A DNA stretch of 64,000 bases from Candidatus Latescibacterota bacterium (GTDB taxonomy: Bacteria > Latescibacterota > UBA2968 > UBA8231), in contig CBDCDC010000002.1 in the NCBI GenBank assembly GCA_965215195.1, positions 512,001 to 576,000 of the forward strand. The letters run 5' to 3'. The position numbers and the translations under genes were made by a program. The notes beneath the pieces were generated by a model, which saw only the letters and a list, made by a program, of their open reading frames with translations, did not search any database and had not been told where the DNA came from. Below, piece after piece: positions 19,874-30,566 of this stretch (positions are counted from its first letter, which is position 1; each line of letters begins with the position of its first letter).

Positions 19874-20460
19874 TGAAGTTGCCTTTGGTCCTCGGCCGGC
19901 AGTTGGTCGAATTCGAGGTTCTGGCTTAGCTGCAATACCTTGATATAGGCGACGATGGCCCAGCGGTCGGCCACGGGAATGCGGGCAGCGTAGCTATACA
20001 TGACGCCAAAGCCATTGGTAATGACATCGTAAAAGTGGCCGACGGGCACCTCGCGCAGCCGCTGCTGGTGAAAGGTGGGCGGCTGTTTAAGCCCTCGCTG
20101 GACGATCATGCCGTTGCCCGCGCCGGTCTTGTCGTGGCAGGGAGCGCAGAAAATGTCGTAGCGCTCGCGGCCGCGCTCTAGTAGCTGGCGGTCAACTTTC
20201 ACCGGCAAGGTCGCCGCAAGTTGGCCCTGTACTTTGCCTTGGTAGAAGTGCTCGTCGAGCATCAGTTGGCCCCGCGCCACAGTGCCGTCAACCTGCGGGC
20301 GAAAGGACATGCCGTCGGCAAAGAACGCCGAGGCCTCTAGCGGCTCGTATTTTTCTTGATCGTACATGGCCTGCCGCAGCTCGCAACCGGCACTGCCAAT
20401 CAGCACCGCGCTCAGCAGCGCCGCGATGGTCCGTTTACTTTTCAACTTCGACAACCTCAT
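19870..20460 (-). CDS. actE: Alternative complex III monoheme lipoprotein ActE
   Basis: Lipobox SAGC, MYDQEKY, CAPCH, DRWAIVAY. Confidence 0.9.
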   Translation of the reverse strand: MRLSKLKSKRTIAALLSAVLIGSAGCELRQAMYDQEKYEPLEASAFFADGMSFRPQVDGTVARGQLMLDEHFYQGKVQGQLAATLPVKVDRQLLERGRERYDIFCAPCHDKTGAGNGMIVQRGLKQPPTFHQQRLREVPVGHFYDVITNGFGVMYSYAARIPVADRWAIVAYIKVLQLSQNLEFDQLPAEDQRQLQ

Positions 20461-20980
20461 GCGGATTCAGGCCGCGCAGAAAGTCCTCGGTTTTTTGGCG
20501 GTCGAACTGGGGATCTTCGGCCTCGATGCTGAGAAAGAAGCGATCTTGGCTGGCGCGGGCGAAATTGGGTGCGTTGAAGACCGGGTGATAGGGCTGGGGC
20601 AGGCCGTTGGCGATGAACATGCCAAAGGCCGAACTGAGCGCGGCAAAGAGGATGGTCAGCTCAAAGGTCACCGGGATGAACATCGGCCCGCTGTGCAAGG
20701 GCTTGCCGGCGATATTGAGCGGATAGTCGATGGCCGAGACCCAATAGCACAGGGAGTAGCCCGTGATGGCGCCGAGCAGGCCAAAGGCGAAAACCAGCCA
20801 AGGCAACTTGGTGCGGGAAAAACCGATGGCCTCGCCCAGGCCGTGGATGGGCATGGGCGAATAGGCGTCGATCTTGCGATAGCCAGCGGCAAAGGTCGCC
20901 TTGGCCGCGGCCAGCAAGTCGTCGGGGGATTCAAATTCGGCCAGCAGGCCGTATTGGGTTGATTCTTCGCGCTGCAGCAT
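20435..20980 (-). CDS. actD: Alternative complex III subunit ActD (DUF3341)
   Basis: AEFESP, DAYSPMPIHG, FIPVTFELTILFA. Confidence 0.9.
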   Translation of the reverse strand: MLQREESTQYGLLAEFESPDDLLAAAKATFAAGYRKIDAYSPMPIHGLGEAIGFSRTKLPWLVFAFGLLGAITGYSLCYWVSAIDYPLNIAGKPLHSGPMFIPVTFELTILFAALSSAFGMFIANGLPQPYHPVFNAPNFARASQDRFFLSIEAEDPQFDRQKTEDFLRGLNPHEVVEVEK

Positions 20981-20989
20981 ACGTTCGGC

Positions 20990-22363
20990 TCACTTGTGGG
21001 ATCCAGAGGCCAGCAGACTGCGGATCTCGTGGATGGAAATCATGGGCAGGCCGCGGACGAATAAAAAAAACAGGACGATGAACAGGCCGATGGTCCCCGC
21101 GTAGATGGCGATGTCCCAGATCGTCGGGTGGAACATGTCCCAAGAAGAGGGCATAAAATCCCGGTGTAGGCTGGTGACGACGATGATGAAGCGCTCCAGC
21201 CACATGCCGACGTTGATAAACTGGGAAATGAAAAACAGCCAGAACATGCTCGTGCGGAAGTGCCTAAACCACAGAAGCTGGGGCACGGCTATGTTGCAGA
21301 CGATCAAGGCCCAGTAAAAGGGACCGTACGGGCCCTCCATGCGGTTGGACATCATATAGCGCTCAAAGTCACTGGCACTGTACCAAGCGATGAATTGCTC
21401 CATGAAGTAGCCATATCCCACGATCAGCCCGGAAGCCAACATGACTTTGGCCATGTTGTTTAGATGGCGCTCGGTTATGAAGTCGTCCAAGCCATAGATG
21501 AGGCGCATGGGGATCATCAAGGTCAGCACCATGGCAAAGCCCGCATAGATCGCCCCGGCCACGAAATAGGGGGGGAATATGGTCGTGTGCCATCCGGGTA
21601 TAAGCCCGACGGCAAAGTCGAAACTGACGACGCTGTGGACAGAAAGCACGAGGGGTGTGGAGAGGCCGGCCAGCAAGAGGGACGCCATTTCGTAGCGATC
21701 CCAGTGAATGGCCGAGCCGCGCCAGCCGAGCGCCAGCACGCCGTAGATGACTTGGGCGATGCGGTTTTTGGCGCGGTCGCGCAGGCTGGCTAAGTCCGGG
21801 ACCAAGCCGACAAACCAAAAGACCAGCGACACCGTTAAATACGTCGAGACCGCGAATACGTCCCAGATCAGGGGGCTGCGAAACTGCGGCCAGAGGTCCA
21901 TGGAGTTGGGATAGGGCAACAGCCAGTAGCAGGCCAACCAGGGCCGCCCGGTGTGAAAGAGCGGAAACTGGGCGGCGCAGAGCACGGCAAAGATGGTCAT
22001 GGCCTCGGCCGCGCGGTTGATCGAGGTGCGCCACCGCTGCCGGAAAAGCAGCAAAATCGCCGAGATCAGGGTGCCGGCGTGGCCGATGCCGATCCACCAG
22101 ACAAAATTGATGATGGCCCACCCCCAGCCCACCGGGTTGTTGATGCCCCAGATGCCCACGCCCTCGAAGAGCAGATAGGGAACGCCCACCATGAACCCCT
22201 GCAGCAGCAAGAAGCCCAAAGCAAAGCAGATGAACCACGCCAGCGGGGTGTTCTTGGTGAGGACGATCCCACTGATTTTGTCGGTAATTGAGGTATGCGA
22301 AGTCTGGCTCGGGCCTAGTTCCGACACTGGAGGGCGATAAGGCGTTTTCGCAGTTTCGGACAT
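20990..22363 (-). CDS. actC: Alternative complex III NrfD/PsrC-family subunit ActC
   Basis: [47 protein letters not shown]. Confidence 0.95.
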   Translation of the reverse strand: MSETAKTPYRPPVSELGPSQTSHTSITDKISGIVLTKNTPLAWFICFALGFLLLQGFMVGVPYLLFEGVGIWGINNPVGWGWAIINFVWWIGIGHAGTLISAILLLFRQRWRTSINRAAEAMTIFAVLCAAQFPLFHTGRPWLACYWLLPYPNSMDLWPQFRSPLIWDVFAVSTYLTVSLVFWFVGLVPDLASLRDRAKNRIAQVIYGVLALGWRGSAIHWDRYEMASLLLAGLSTPLVLSVHSVVSFDFAVGLIPGWHTTIFPPYFVAGAIYAGFAMVLTLMIPMRLIYGLDDFITERHLNNMAKVMLASGLIVGYGYFMEQFIAWYSASDFERYMMSNRMEGPYGPFYWALIVCNIAVPQLLWFRHFRTSMFWLFFISQFINVGMWLERFIIVVTSLHRDFMPSSWDMFHPTIWDIAIYAGTIGLFIVLFFLFVRGLPMISIHEIRSLLASGSHK

Positions 22364-22364
22364 G

Positions 22365-25346
22365 CTAAGCCTCGGCAATGTTGGGGTTGGGATTTTTGAT
22401 ACTTGCCAAATACGTAGTGCGGGGCCGCGTGTTCAACTCGGTGAGGATGCCGTAGTTGAGCGGGGATGCCTTGAGGGCAGTGACGCGGCTGTCGGGGTCG
22501 TTGATGTCCCCGAAGACGATGGCTTCGGTGGGGCAGGCCTGCTCGCAGGCGGTGACGATCTCGCCATCGCCGATGGTGCGATTGGCCTTTTTGGCCTCAA
22601 TGCGCGCTTGATTGATGCGCTGGACGCAGTACGTGCATTTTTCCATTACGCCGCGGGCCCGCGTGGTAACATCCGGGTTGCGCTGCAGTTTTAAGCTCTC
22701 GGTGTCGCGGTCGGCGTATTGGAGGAAGTTGAAGCGCCGGACCTTGTAGGGGCAGTTGTTGGCGCAGTAGCGGGTGCCGACGCAGCGATTGTACACCATG
22801 TCGTTGAGGCCCTCGTCGCTGTGGGTCGTAGCCGCGACCGGACAGACCAACTCGCAAGGGGCGTTTTCGCACTGCATGCAAGGCACGGGCTGATGCACAA
22901 TCTGGGGATTGTCGAGCGAACCCTTGTAGTAGCGATCGACGCGAATCCAAGGCATTTCGCGGCCGTTGAGGACTTCATCTTTGCCCACGATGGGGATGTT
23001 GTTTTCGGCTTGGCAGGCCATCGCACACGCATTGCAGCCGATGCAGGCCCCTAAATCAATGACCATGCCCCAAGCGTACCCCGCGTACTGGTGATCCGTG
23101 CGGTTGTGTAGCGTCAAGTCATCGGGTGGGTCGTGGGCACCTTCGTGGGCAAAGTGCGGATGCGCTTGATAGTAGTCCAGCGAGGCTTGGCGCACGAAGT
23201 TGCGGCCCTGCATGCTGTGATGATCTTGGGTGCAGGCGAGGCGATAGCGGTCGTAGGAACCGCTGATCTGTAGGCCGCCGCCGCTCCACAAGGCCGCCGC
23301 AGGGCGCAGAGCATAGGCATTGAATCCCGCGTCGCGCCCGACCTGGCCACTGCGCTGCTGTCCGTAGCCCAAGTGCAGGGTGACGACGCCGTCGGCTTGG
23401 CCGTGCACGATCCAAACCGCTGCCTTGATCGCGCGCCCGTCAAAGCGCAGCTCGGCGAGGAATTCTCTCTCGAGCCGCAGGCGCTCGGCCGTGGCCGGGC
23501 TGACGAGAGCGGCGTTGTCCCAGGTTAGCTTCGTGATGGGCTTGGGGGTCTCTTGGAGCCAAGCATTATTGGCAAAGCGGCCGTCCCACACCGTGGGATC
23601 GGGCCGAAAGTGGATTTCGAGCTCTTCTTCGGCGGGAAGGTTCCCAGTCGTTGCCGGCAGGTGCAGGGGAACTAGCTGCGCGGATTGGGCTTCGGGGCGC
23701 GTACCCTCGACAAAGCCGTCGTGCAGTGCGCGGCGCCAGGCGATCGCATCCAGCCCTTGGCCCTCCCAGTACTGGCGCACGATTTCGAGATCCGGGACTC
23801 CGGGCTGGCCGGTGAGCACCGCCAAGAGGTCGTGTGCTGACTTGCTCTTGTAGAGCGGGCGAATCAGCGGCTGAACGATCGCGGCGAGGCCGTCGTGGGT
23901 GCGCGTGTCGCTCCAGGCTTCGAGAAAGTGAGATTCCGGAATGTGCCAGTGGCAGAGTTCCGACGTTTCGTTGTCGTACAGGCCAAGGTGGACGCGGTAG
24001 CCGACCTTGGCGAGTGCCGCAGCAAAGTCGAAATCCACGGGTGCGTCGTACACTGGATTGCCGCCGAGGATGAACAGGGACTCGACTTGGCCGGCGTTCA
24101 TGTCGGCGACCAAAGCGGATAGCGACTCGCGCTGGTCAACCGACTCGACTTCGAGGGGTTCGGTGTAGTGTGCGGTTGCGCCTGCATTGCCTAGGGCGTG
24201 GTTGATCGCATGGGCCAAAGCGTGTACGGCGGGGGCTTGCTGGTCGCCAGCGAGCACGAGGCTTTGGCCGCGGTGGGCCTTTAAGTCGTCGACTAGGGCC
24301 GCAATCCAAGCGTCGTGGGCAGAGAATTCGGCGGGAACGCTCGGCCCCTCCCAGCCGATGCCAAGCCCTTGGGCGACCTTTAAGGCCACGGCTTCGATGT
24401 GCGCCGTGCCCACTGCCAAGCGGTGGTCGGCTACGCTGCCCGTGGCCGTTGGACTGCTCTCGACCGCATAGAGCCGATTGCTGGCCTTTGTCCCGTTGCG
24501 GACGCTGCGACCGGCCGCGAAATCACGAGCGTGGCGCACATTGCCAGGACCGCTATAGGTAAAGTCCGCGTCCAGCGCTAGAATGACCTTGGCTTTGGTT
24601 AAGTCGTAAAACGCATGGACCGGCTCGCCAAACGCCATTTGGGCCCCGGCGCGGGCGTTGTCGCGATTGACCGGTTCGTACTGGTGCCACTGGGCTTGGG
24701 GAAATTTGGCCCGCAGGGCCTGCAACTGGTGCCCGAGGGTCGGAGAAGTCACCGTCTGGGTCAGGATGCGCAGGCCGGCACCGCCGTTGGCCTCGTGCGA
24801 GGTCAGCCGCTGCGTCAGATCGGCTAGGAAGATGCTCCAAGTGCTGATGCGACCGGCGTTTTTGACCGTTTGCGAGCGGTCGGGGTCGTAGAGGTCGAGG
24901 ATCGAAGCTTGGACGAGCGCATTCGAGCCGCGGCTACCGGAGGGGTGCGCGGAGTTGCCCTCGATCTTGGTTGGCCGCCCCATGTGGCTCTCGACTAGGA
25001 TGCCCATGCCAATGCCGCCGAGCGAGGCGGCTGAAGCAAAGTACTGAGGCTTACCGGGGATGACGTCTTCGGGGCCCCGGACTTGGGGGACGATTTTTTC
25101 GCTAGGCTGAATCGTACAACCCGAAAGCCCGCCCAGTGCCAGCGATGCACTCATGAGCTTGAGAAAATTTCGCCGACTTACCGGATCCTTCAACTCGGTA
25201 GCTTGCTCGGGGAACTCGCGCTGGACCATGGCGGCGAATTCTTCGGTCTGGGCCAATTGGTCCAAGCTGCGCCAGTACTCTGGGCCTTGTGCGGTTTTGA
25301 GGCGGGAGCGGATGGCCGAGAGATCGATGTTTTTTCTGGTTTCCAT
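22365..25346 (-). CDS. actB: Alternative complex III molybdopterin-fold/Fe-S subunit ActB
   Basis: YWRSL, Tat motif [17 protein letters not shown]-terminal CIGCNAC, CMQC..APC..VCP, CVGTRYC..NCP, MEKCTYC. Confidence 0.95.
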   Translation of the reverse strand: METRKNIDLSAIRSRLKTAQGPEYWRSLDQLAQTEEFAAMVQREFPEQATELKDPVSRRNFLKLMSASLALGGLSGCTIQPSEKIVPQVRGPEDVIPGKPQYFASAASLGGIGMGILVESHMGRPTKIEGNSAHPSGSRGSNALVQASILDLYDPDRSQTVKNAGRISTWSIFLADLTQRLTSHEANGGAGLRILTQTVTSPTLGHQLQALRAKFPQAQWHQYEPVNRDNARAGAQMAFGEPVHAFYDLTKAKVILALDADFTYSGPGNVRHARDFAAGRSVRNGTKASNRLYAVESSPTATGSVADHRLAVGTAHIEAVALKVAQGLGIGWEGPSVPAEFSAHDAWIAALVDDLKAHRGQSLVLAGDQQAPAVHALAHAINHALGNAGATAHYTEPLEVESVDQRESLSALVADMNAGQVESLFILGGNPVYDAPVDFDFAAALAKVGYRVHLGLYDNETSELCHWHIPESHFLEAWSDTRTHDGLAAIVQPLIRPLYKSKSAHDLLAVLTGQPGVPDLEIVRQYWEGQGLDAIAWRRALHDGFVEGTRPEAQSAQLVPLHLPATTGNLPAEEELEIHFRPDPTVWDGRFANNAWLQETPKPITKLTWDNAALVSPATAERLRLEREFLAELRFDGRAIKAAVWIVHGQADGVVTLHLGYGQQRSGQVGRDAGFNAYALRPAAALWSGGGLQISGSYDRYRLACTQDHHSMQGRNFVRQASLDYYQAHPHFAHEGAHDPPDDLTLHNRTDHQYAGYAWGMVIDLGACIGCNACAMACQAENNIPIVGKDEVLNGREMPWIRVDRYYKGSLDNPQIVHQPVPCMQCENAPCELVCPVAATTHSDEGLNDMVYNRCVGTRYCANNCPYKVRRFNFLQYADRDTESLKLQRNPDVTTRARGVMEKCTYCVQRINQARIEAKKANRTIGDGEIVTACEQACPTEAIVFGDINDPDSRVTALKASPLNYGILTELNTRPRTTYLASIKNPNPNIAEA

Positions 25347-25348
25347 GT

Positions 25349-26005
25349 TTAGCGGTGGCAGATAGAGCAGTTGGTGAGTTGGCTGGTCTGCACGCCGTAT
25401 TCGGCGACGAGTTGTGCGCCCAAGCTTTCTTGGTCGGGTGGATACTGGTAGTTCATGTTAAAGACTTGGTCGCGCGGGCGGATGTACTGGGCGGGATCGC
25501 GGTGGCAATCGAGGCACCATTCCATATTCAAGGATTCGGCTTTCCACATCAGGGGCATTTGATCGACTTGGCCGTGGCACGACTGGCAGCCAATGCCTTG
25601 GTTGACGTGGATGCTGTGGTTGAAATAGGCGAAGTCGGGCAAGTCGTGGACGCGATTCCACTCGATGGGCACGTTGTCGCGGAAGCTGGCGCGCACGGGT
25701 TCGAGGATGGGTGCTTCGGTCCAGATCTGCGAGTGGCAGGTCATGCAGGTTTCGGTCGGGGGGATGCCGGCAAAAGCACTTTCCTCGACGGTAGTGTGGC
25801 AATAGCGGCAATCAATGCCCATGCCGGTGACGTGGTGTTTGTGGCTGAAGGGAACGGGCTGATCGATGGGCACGTTGACTTGGTTGACGAAGTAAATGCG
25901 ATTGATGTTGAGTACGATACCGAGGATGCTGGCAACTAGGACGAGGCCGACGAGGATGCTGGCCTTAGAAGCCCAGTTGGCACTGCGCGGGAATACTTGA
26001 GCCAT
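25349..26005 (-). CDS. actA: Alternative complex III pentaheme cytochrome c ActA
   Basis: N-terminal TM, QPVPFSHKHH, five CxxCH motifs. Confidence 0.95.
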   Translation of the reverse strand: MAQVFPRSANWASKASILVGLVLVASILGIVLNINRIYFVNQVNVPIDQPVPFSHKHHVTGMGIDCRYCHTTVEESAFAGIPPTETCMTCHSQIWTEAPILEPVRASFRDNVPIEWNRVHDLPDFAYFNHSIHVNQGIGCQSCHGQVDQMPLMWKAESLNMEWCLDCHRDPAQYIRPRDQVFNMNYQYPPDQESLGAQLVAEYGVQTSQLTNCSICHR

Positions 26006-26069
26006 ATTTTTTAGTTTAGCTGAGTTTGTAGAAAGTCGGCCTTAGCTCTTCTGGCCAAAACAGTCTTGT

Positions 26070-26097
26070 AAATTAGGCCAGTTTAATTTGGTGTCAA
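26070..26097 (-). promoter_or_regulatory. Putative sigma-70 promoter of the act-cox operon
   Basis: TTGACA-16 nt-TAATTT on the minus strand. Confidence 0.5.
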
Positions 26098-26122
26098 CAG
26101 ATGCCATAAAAAACCTAGGCAT

Positions 26123-26151
26123 TTGACTTTGGGCCTCTCGCAGTATACTAT
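26123..26151 (+). promoter_or_regulatory. Sigma-70 promoter of tRNA-Arg
   Basis: TTGACT-17 nt-TACTAT, 18 nt before the tRNA. Confidence 0.65.
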
Positions 26152-26169
26152 GAATAGTACCCTCCTATA

Positions 26170-26243
26170 GCCCCCGTAGCTCAGCAGGATAGAGCAACAG
26201 ATTCCTAATCTGTGGGTCGGCGGTTCGAATCCGCCCGGGGGTA
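26170..26243 (+). tRNA. tRNA-Arg(CCT), CCA not encoded
   Basis: Acceptor GCCCCCG/CGGGGGT, D arm GCTCAG..GAGC, anticodon arm ACAGA-TTCCTAA-TCTGT, T loop GTTCGAATC. Confidence 0.95.
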
Positions 26244-26348
26244 GTTCATTCCTTCGCTACCGGCTGCCTCCCAACAAGTTACGGTCGTGCGGCACATCCC
26301 TACCTAGCAGCGAATTACCCAACTTAGGTCAATAGGTTTTGCATTGAA

Positions 26349-27812
26349 ATGACGAGGAATGACGAGGCTCTACAGATCGCCGGCCAAGTCGAAGCTATGC
26401 TGGCTGCTTTGGACCGGCTCTCTCCTTTCAGTTGGCTGCTGGAGTCCGCCGAGATTGATCCGTTGCGTTCGTTGCTGCGCTGTGCGCAGGCGGCCTGTGC
26501 CGATAGGCAAGAGGCACCGCGCACTGCGGCCGAATTGGCCGCGCAACACCAGCGTTGTTCCGATGCGATCCTCGCGGCAGCCTTCAGCGGCGATTGGGGC
26601 GGTGGTGTGCCGGATTTACAAGGGCTGTTGCTCAATCGGCTCCTCGATGGCCAACACTCGTTTTTGCGCGCTTGTGAAGAGCAATCCCCGGCAGAGGTTC
26701 CCGCCGCGCTGCGCCAAGTTGTGTGCCGCGACTTGCAAAGTGCCGCGGCCTTGGCCCGTCCTCCTTGGGGGGTATGGCTGCGGCTGATCGGCGGCCACGC
26801 AGAGCCTTTGGCCCCCATGCCCGGGGATGGGGTGGAACCCGCGGCCGTTGGCCAACTGAAAGAGCGTTTTGCCCGCAGCGAGGATTGGGCCGGGTTGGCT
26901 GGGCCGCTCGGATGCTTGATCCACGAGCACGGGCGGGGGGCGCTGCGTCGATTCCCAGCCTTTCGCGTGGTCGTCGGGGAGGCCAAGCCCATCTTGGAAC
27001 CCATCCGCCACTTCGCGGAATTTCCCCTCGGCTGGCTGGAAGGCAATGAAGCGAGAATCCAAGTCCTCGAGGAAAACACGCGCCATTTCCTCGCCGGTTA
27101 TCGAGCGCACAATGCCCTGATCTGGGGACCGCGGGGCGGCGGCAAATCGACGCTGATACGGGCCTTAGTGGGTCAGTTCTTTGATCGCGGCCTGCGCGCC
27201 ATCGAGATCGCCCCGTCTTGTTACCATCTGTTGCCCGCGCTCTTTGCCCTCGTCCGGGGGCGTCGCCAGCGCTTTGTCGGTGTGCTGGACAATGTGTCGC
27301 TGAGCCGGAGCGACAACAGCCTGCACCTGCTCTCGCGGGTGCTTGACGGAGGGCTGGAAGCGTGCCCGGACAACTTGGTCTTCTATGCGACCTCTAACTA
27401 CAAAGACCTAGTCGATCGGGAGGGCGAGCGCCCGCAAGGGCTGGGCCAAATGCAGCTAGACGACGAGCGCACCAACCGAGTCAACCAAGGCATCCAAGCC
27501 GAATTCTACGACCCCCAACAACTGCAACGCCTCGATCAGGAGCGGGCGCTCGACGACCGTTTTGCCCTCAAGGTCTTCCTCGATCTGCCCAACAGGCAGC
27601 AATATCGCGCCATGGTCTTGTCTTATGCGCGCCGGGCTGGGATCGACCTGCCGGAAGAAGATTTATTGGCCGCTTTCGAAGTTTGGCGAATGCGACACAA
27701 CCACGATTTGGTTGGAGGCCGGACGGCGCGGGACTTCATCGACGCGTACTTGCCTCAGTACTTGCGCGGCAAGGAAACGTTAAATCAACCTTCAAGTAGC
27801 TCGATTTCGTAG
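26349..27812 (+). CDS. DUF815-family P-loop AAA+ ATPase with N-terminal extension
   Basis: ENTRHF..G..AHNALIWGPRGGGKST, GGLE..P.N..FYATSN, L.DRF.L, GRTARDF. Confidence 0.8.
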   Translation: MTRNDEALQIAGQVEAMLAALDRLSPFSWLLESAEIDPLRSLLRCAQAACADRQEAPRTAAELAAQHQRCSDAILAAAFSGDWGGGVPDLQGLLLNRLLDGQHSFLRACEEQSPAEVPAALRQVVCRDLQSAAALARPPWGVWLRLIGGHAEPLAPMPGDGVEPAAVGQLKERFARSEDWAGLAGPLGCLIHEHGRGALRRFPAFRVVVGEAKPILEPIRHFAEFPLGWLEGNEARIQVLEENTRHFLAGYRAHNALIWGPRGGGKSTLIRALVGQFFDRGLRAIEIAPSCYHLLPALFALVRGRRQRFVGVLDNVSLSRSDNSLHLLSRVLDGGLEACPDNLVFYATSNYKDLVDREGERPQGLGQMQLDDERTNRVNQGIQAEFYDPQQLQRLDQERALDDRFALKVFLDLPNRQQYRAMVLSYARRAGIDLPEEDLLAAFEVWRMRHNHDLVGGRTARDFIDAYLPQYLRGKETLNQPSSSSIS

Positions 27813-28162
27813 CCGTCGGGATCGTCGATAAAGGCCATCTTGCGGCCGGTGGGGAAGGTCGTGCGCCAATCGCTAGGCCATATTTCGAGCCCGTTGTTTT
27901 CCAAGGTGTTGCAAAAGCCGATTAAGTCGGGAACCGCAATCGCGAGATGCATGAGATCCTCGGGGACGGCAAGCTGGTAATCGGCGGAATAGGTCAATTC
28001 GAGGGTGTGTTCATTGCCGGGTAGCTCGAGATGAGCGATTTGGTTGCCAGCGGGCGATTTGTCCGAGCGGCTGCGGACTTCAAAGCCGAGGTGGGTGCAA
28101 TACCACTCAATGGAGCGCTCGAGATCGCCGACGCGGATGCGGGTGTGCAGGAAGCGGGCCAT
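27785..28162 (-). CDS. VOC/glyoxalase I family protein
   Basis: FLHTRIRVGDLERSI, LELTY, HLAI, AFIDDPDGYEIELL; AAAGGA RBS before the ATG at 28162. Confidence 0.9.
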   Translation of the reverse strand: MARFLHTRIRVGDLERSIEWYCTHLGFEVRSRSDKSPAGNQIAHLELPGNEHTLELTYSADYQLAVPEDLMHLAIAVPDLIGFCNTLENNGLEIWPSDWRTTFPTGRKMAFIDDPDGYEIELLEG

Positions 28163-28282
28163 AGGGACATCCTTTCGCAGGTTATTTATAATAAAAGGAG
28201 GGGCTGCACATGCAGGCAGTCCCTTGCGCGGGTTGGAACGAGGCGCGTAGATTAAATTGGTCAGGGGTAAGAAGCGAAAAAG

Positions 28283-28369
28283 TGGTGCCGAAGAGAGGAC
28301 TCGAACCTCCACGGGGTGGCCCCCACATGGTCCTGAACCATGCGCGTCTACCAATTTCGCCACTTCGGC
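28283..28369 (-). tRNA. tRNA-Leu(CAG)
   Basis: GCCGAAG...CTTCGGC-ACCA; anticodon arm CATGG-TTCAGGA-CCATG; long variable arm; GTTCGAGTC. Confidence 0.95.
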
Positions 28370-28382
28370 AATTGAATAGCAC

Positions 28383-28411
28383 AAATTAAATGCAGGGCTT
28401 GCAGCCGTCAA
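28383..28411 (-). promoter_or_regulatory. Putative promoter of tRNA-Leu
   Basis: TTGACG-17 nt-TAATTT. Confidence 0.5.
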
Positions 28412-28439
28412 GCCTGTTCCCTTCGTGAAAATAGAGGTT

Positions 28440-28919
28440 ATGGCCAAAACGGAAAGTGGTGCCAAGCGCGAGTTCATCGCCGTGCAAAACCGCAAAGCCC
28501 GGCACGACTACGAGGTGATGGGCCGCTATGAGACCGGCATTGTCTTGCGCGGCACGGAAGTCAAGTCGCTGCGCGCCGGGCGCGCCAACCTCAAGGACAG
28601 CTTCGCTTTAGTTGAACGAGGCGAAATTTTCCTGCACAATGTCCACATTGCCCAGTACGAGCGAGGCAGCAATTTCAACCACGACCCGGAGCGCGTGCGC
28701 AAATTGCTCTTGCACCGCAGTGAAATCCGCCGGCTGACCGGGAGAACGCAACAACAGGGCCTTACTTTGGTGCCGCTGAAGATCTACTTCAAGCGCGGCC
28801 GGGCCAAGGTGGAATTGGCTCTGGTCCGCGGCAAAAAGCAGTTCGACAAGCGCCAGGCTTTGGCTCAACGCCAAGCTGACCGCGACGTCGACCGGGCCCT
28901 CAAGGAGCGGCACCGGTGA
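28440..28919 (+). CDS. smpB: SsrA-binding protein
   Basis: [36 protein letters not shown]. Confidence 0.97.
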   Translation: MAKTESGAKREFIAVQNRKARHDYEVMGRYETGIVLRGTEVKSLRAGRANLKDSFALVERGEIFLHNVHIAQYERGSNFNHDPERVRKLLLHRSEIRRLTGRTQQQGLTLVPLKIYFKRGRAKVELALVRGKKQFDKRQALAQRQADRDVDRALKERHR

Positions 28920-29743
28920 GTTTGCCCGCGTCCAGCCAGGCCGCGACGCGCTGTTCTAAGTGCGGCGGTGGAGGCCTGTATTACGACCCCATAGTCGCGG
29001 TGGGTCGCTATGGTACGCTCCGGCTTTGCGAGTGCATCGAGTGCTGCTGTGGGGGGAGGCCCCCCTACCAGTACTGGGACGACGATTCGCGCAACCAGTG
29101 GTGCTCCTGCCGTCCCTATCGCCGCAAAATGACGGAAACCAACCGCCTGTTCCGCCAGGCCGATATTCCCGAGCGCTACAAGTGGAAGTTCGTCGATGAC
29201 TTCCGCATGGCGGCACCAGACGGGACGCACATCGACCTAGCGGGCACGGTCTATCTCCGCATTCACCAAGACCTGATCGAAGCCGCGGAAGAGCCAAAGC
29301 GCGGCTATCTCCTCCACGGAAAGCCCGGCACGGGCAAGACCTTAATGGGGTGCATTGCACTCAATGAACTCATGTTGCGCTGGGCCAAACCGGGCCGCTT
29401 TCTCAGTCTGTCGCGCACGTACTTTCAGAAGTTGCGCGATACCTATTCAGCCGACAGCGAGCGCTATGGTCACACTTGGTCAATTCTCGAAGAGTTGTGC
29501 AATATGCCCTACCTCGTCCTAGACGACTTCGGCATCCAGCGGGGGACCGAGTGGGAAATAGAAATGCTCTACGATCTCGTAGATGCCCGCTACGGCGACC
29601 AGCGGTTCACGGTTGTAACTACCAATCAGCCCCTCGACGAACTAAAGAATCTAGCCGATGGCCGCATCTACTCGCGCCTAGTAGAGATGTGCCAATCCAT
29701 CCCCATGAATGGCCCTGATTATCGGATGCACCTCAATGCGTGA
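28916..29743 (+). CDS. DnaC/DnaI/IstB-family ATPase with Cys-rich N-terminus
   Basis: [15 protein letters not shown]; IPERY; Walker A GKPGTGKT; LVLDDFG; RY....TVVTTN; RIYSRL.EM. Confidence 0.8.
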   Translation: MSLPASSQAATRCSKCGGGGLYYDPIVAVGRYGTLRLCECIECCCGGRPPYQYWDDDSRNQWCSCRPYRRKMTETNRLFRQADIPERYKWKFVDDFRMAAPDGTHIDLAGTVYLRIHQDLIEAAEEPKRGYLLHGKPGTGKTLMGCIALNELMLRWAKPGRFLSLSRTYFQKLRDTYSADSERYGHTWSILEELCNMPYLVLDDFGIQRGTEWEIEMLYDLVDARYGDQRFTVVTTNQPLDELKNLADGRIYSRLVEMCQSIPMNGPDYRMHLNA

Positions 29744-30449
29744 GACAAGCTGGAAGCGCAGCGATGGACGTCGCCCCGCTCAGTTGCGGCCGGTGCAGAT
29801 CGCCCCGAGATACCTGAAAACGGCGGCTGGATCGGCCCTGATCGAAATGGGCGATACAAAGGTGCTCTGCACGGTATCGCCCGTCGATGGGGTGCCGCCC
29901 TTTTTGGTGGGGACCGACAAGGGGTGGCTAACCGCGGAGTACAGCATGCTGCCTGGCTCCTCTGCGCGCCGGGTAGCGCGCGAATCCAATAGCCGGGCGC
30001 GGGAAATTCAGCGCCTGATCGGCCGCTCGCTGCGCGCTATAGTGAATTTGGAGCAAATCGGCGAGCGGACGCTATATGTCGATTGCGATGTCATACAGGC
30101 GGATGGCGGAACGCGCACCGCCTCAATAACAGGGGCTTATGTGGCTTTGGTAGAGGCACTGCAGACCCTGCAAGGCGATGTGCTCGTAGAGCAGGTCGCC
30201 GCCGTTAGCGTGGGGGTAGTAGGGGACCAGCTCCTATTGGATCTGTGCTACGAGGAAGATCGTAGTGCCGAAACGGATATGAACGTCGTTATGACCGGCT
30301 CGGGGGGGATCGTCGAAGTCCAAGGCACGGCCGAGGGGCGTCCCTTTACCCGCGCTCAGGCTGTCGAATTGCTCGACTTAGCGGCTGTGGGCATAGAGCA
30401 CCTACTGGCCGTGCAACAGTCTGTTTTAAGCGCACTTACAGAGGCTTAG
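29736..30449 (+). CDS. rph: Ribonuclease PH
   Basis: RSDGR, GWLTAEYSMLP, EIQRLIGRSLR, QADGGTRTASITG, EVQGTAEG. Confidence 0.97.
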   Translation: MRETSWKRSDGRRPAQLRPVQIAPRYLKTAAGSALIEMGDTKVLCTVSPVDGVPPFLVGTDKGWLTAEYSMLPGSSARRVARESNSRAREIQRLIGRSLRAIVNLEQIGERTLYVDCDVIQADGGTRTASITGAYVALVEALQTLQGDVLVEQVAAVSVGVVGDQLLLDLCYEEDRSAETDMNVVMTGSGGIVEVQGTAEGRPFTRAQAVELLDLAAVGIEHLLAVQQSVLSALTEA

Positions 30450-30466
30450 GGGCTTGGAGAAATTGC

Positions 30467-30495
30467 TTGACAGGTTTTGTGGCCCCGGCTAAGTT
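30467..30495 (+). promoter_or_regulatory. Sigma-70 promoter of the sigma factor gene
   Basis: TTGACA-17 nt-TAAGTT. Confidence 0.6.
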
Positions 30496-30566
30496 ATACA
30501 CATCTTTAGTTTGAAGCACGTGTAGCTTTCCTTTTCCTCCCCACTCTAAACGAAGAGGATGGTTCC

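Noticed and set aside
28163-28440. tmRNA next to smpB
   Set aside because: The only structured RNA here is a normal tRNA-Leu.
28163-28495. N-terminal extension of the VOC ORF
   Set aside because: Runs through tRNA-Leu and smpB; the real start with RBS is 28162.
28916-29743. IS21 element
   Set aside because: No IstA transposase or inverted repeats; coupled to core genes.
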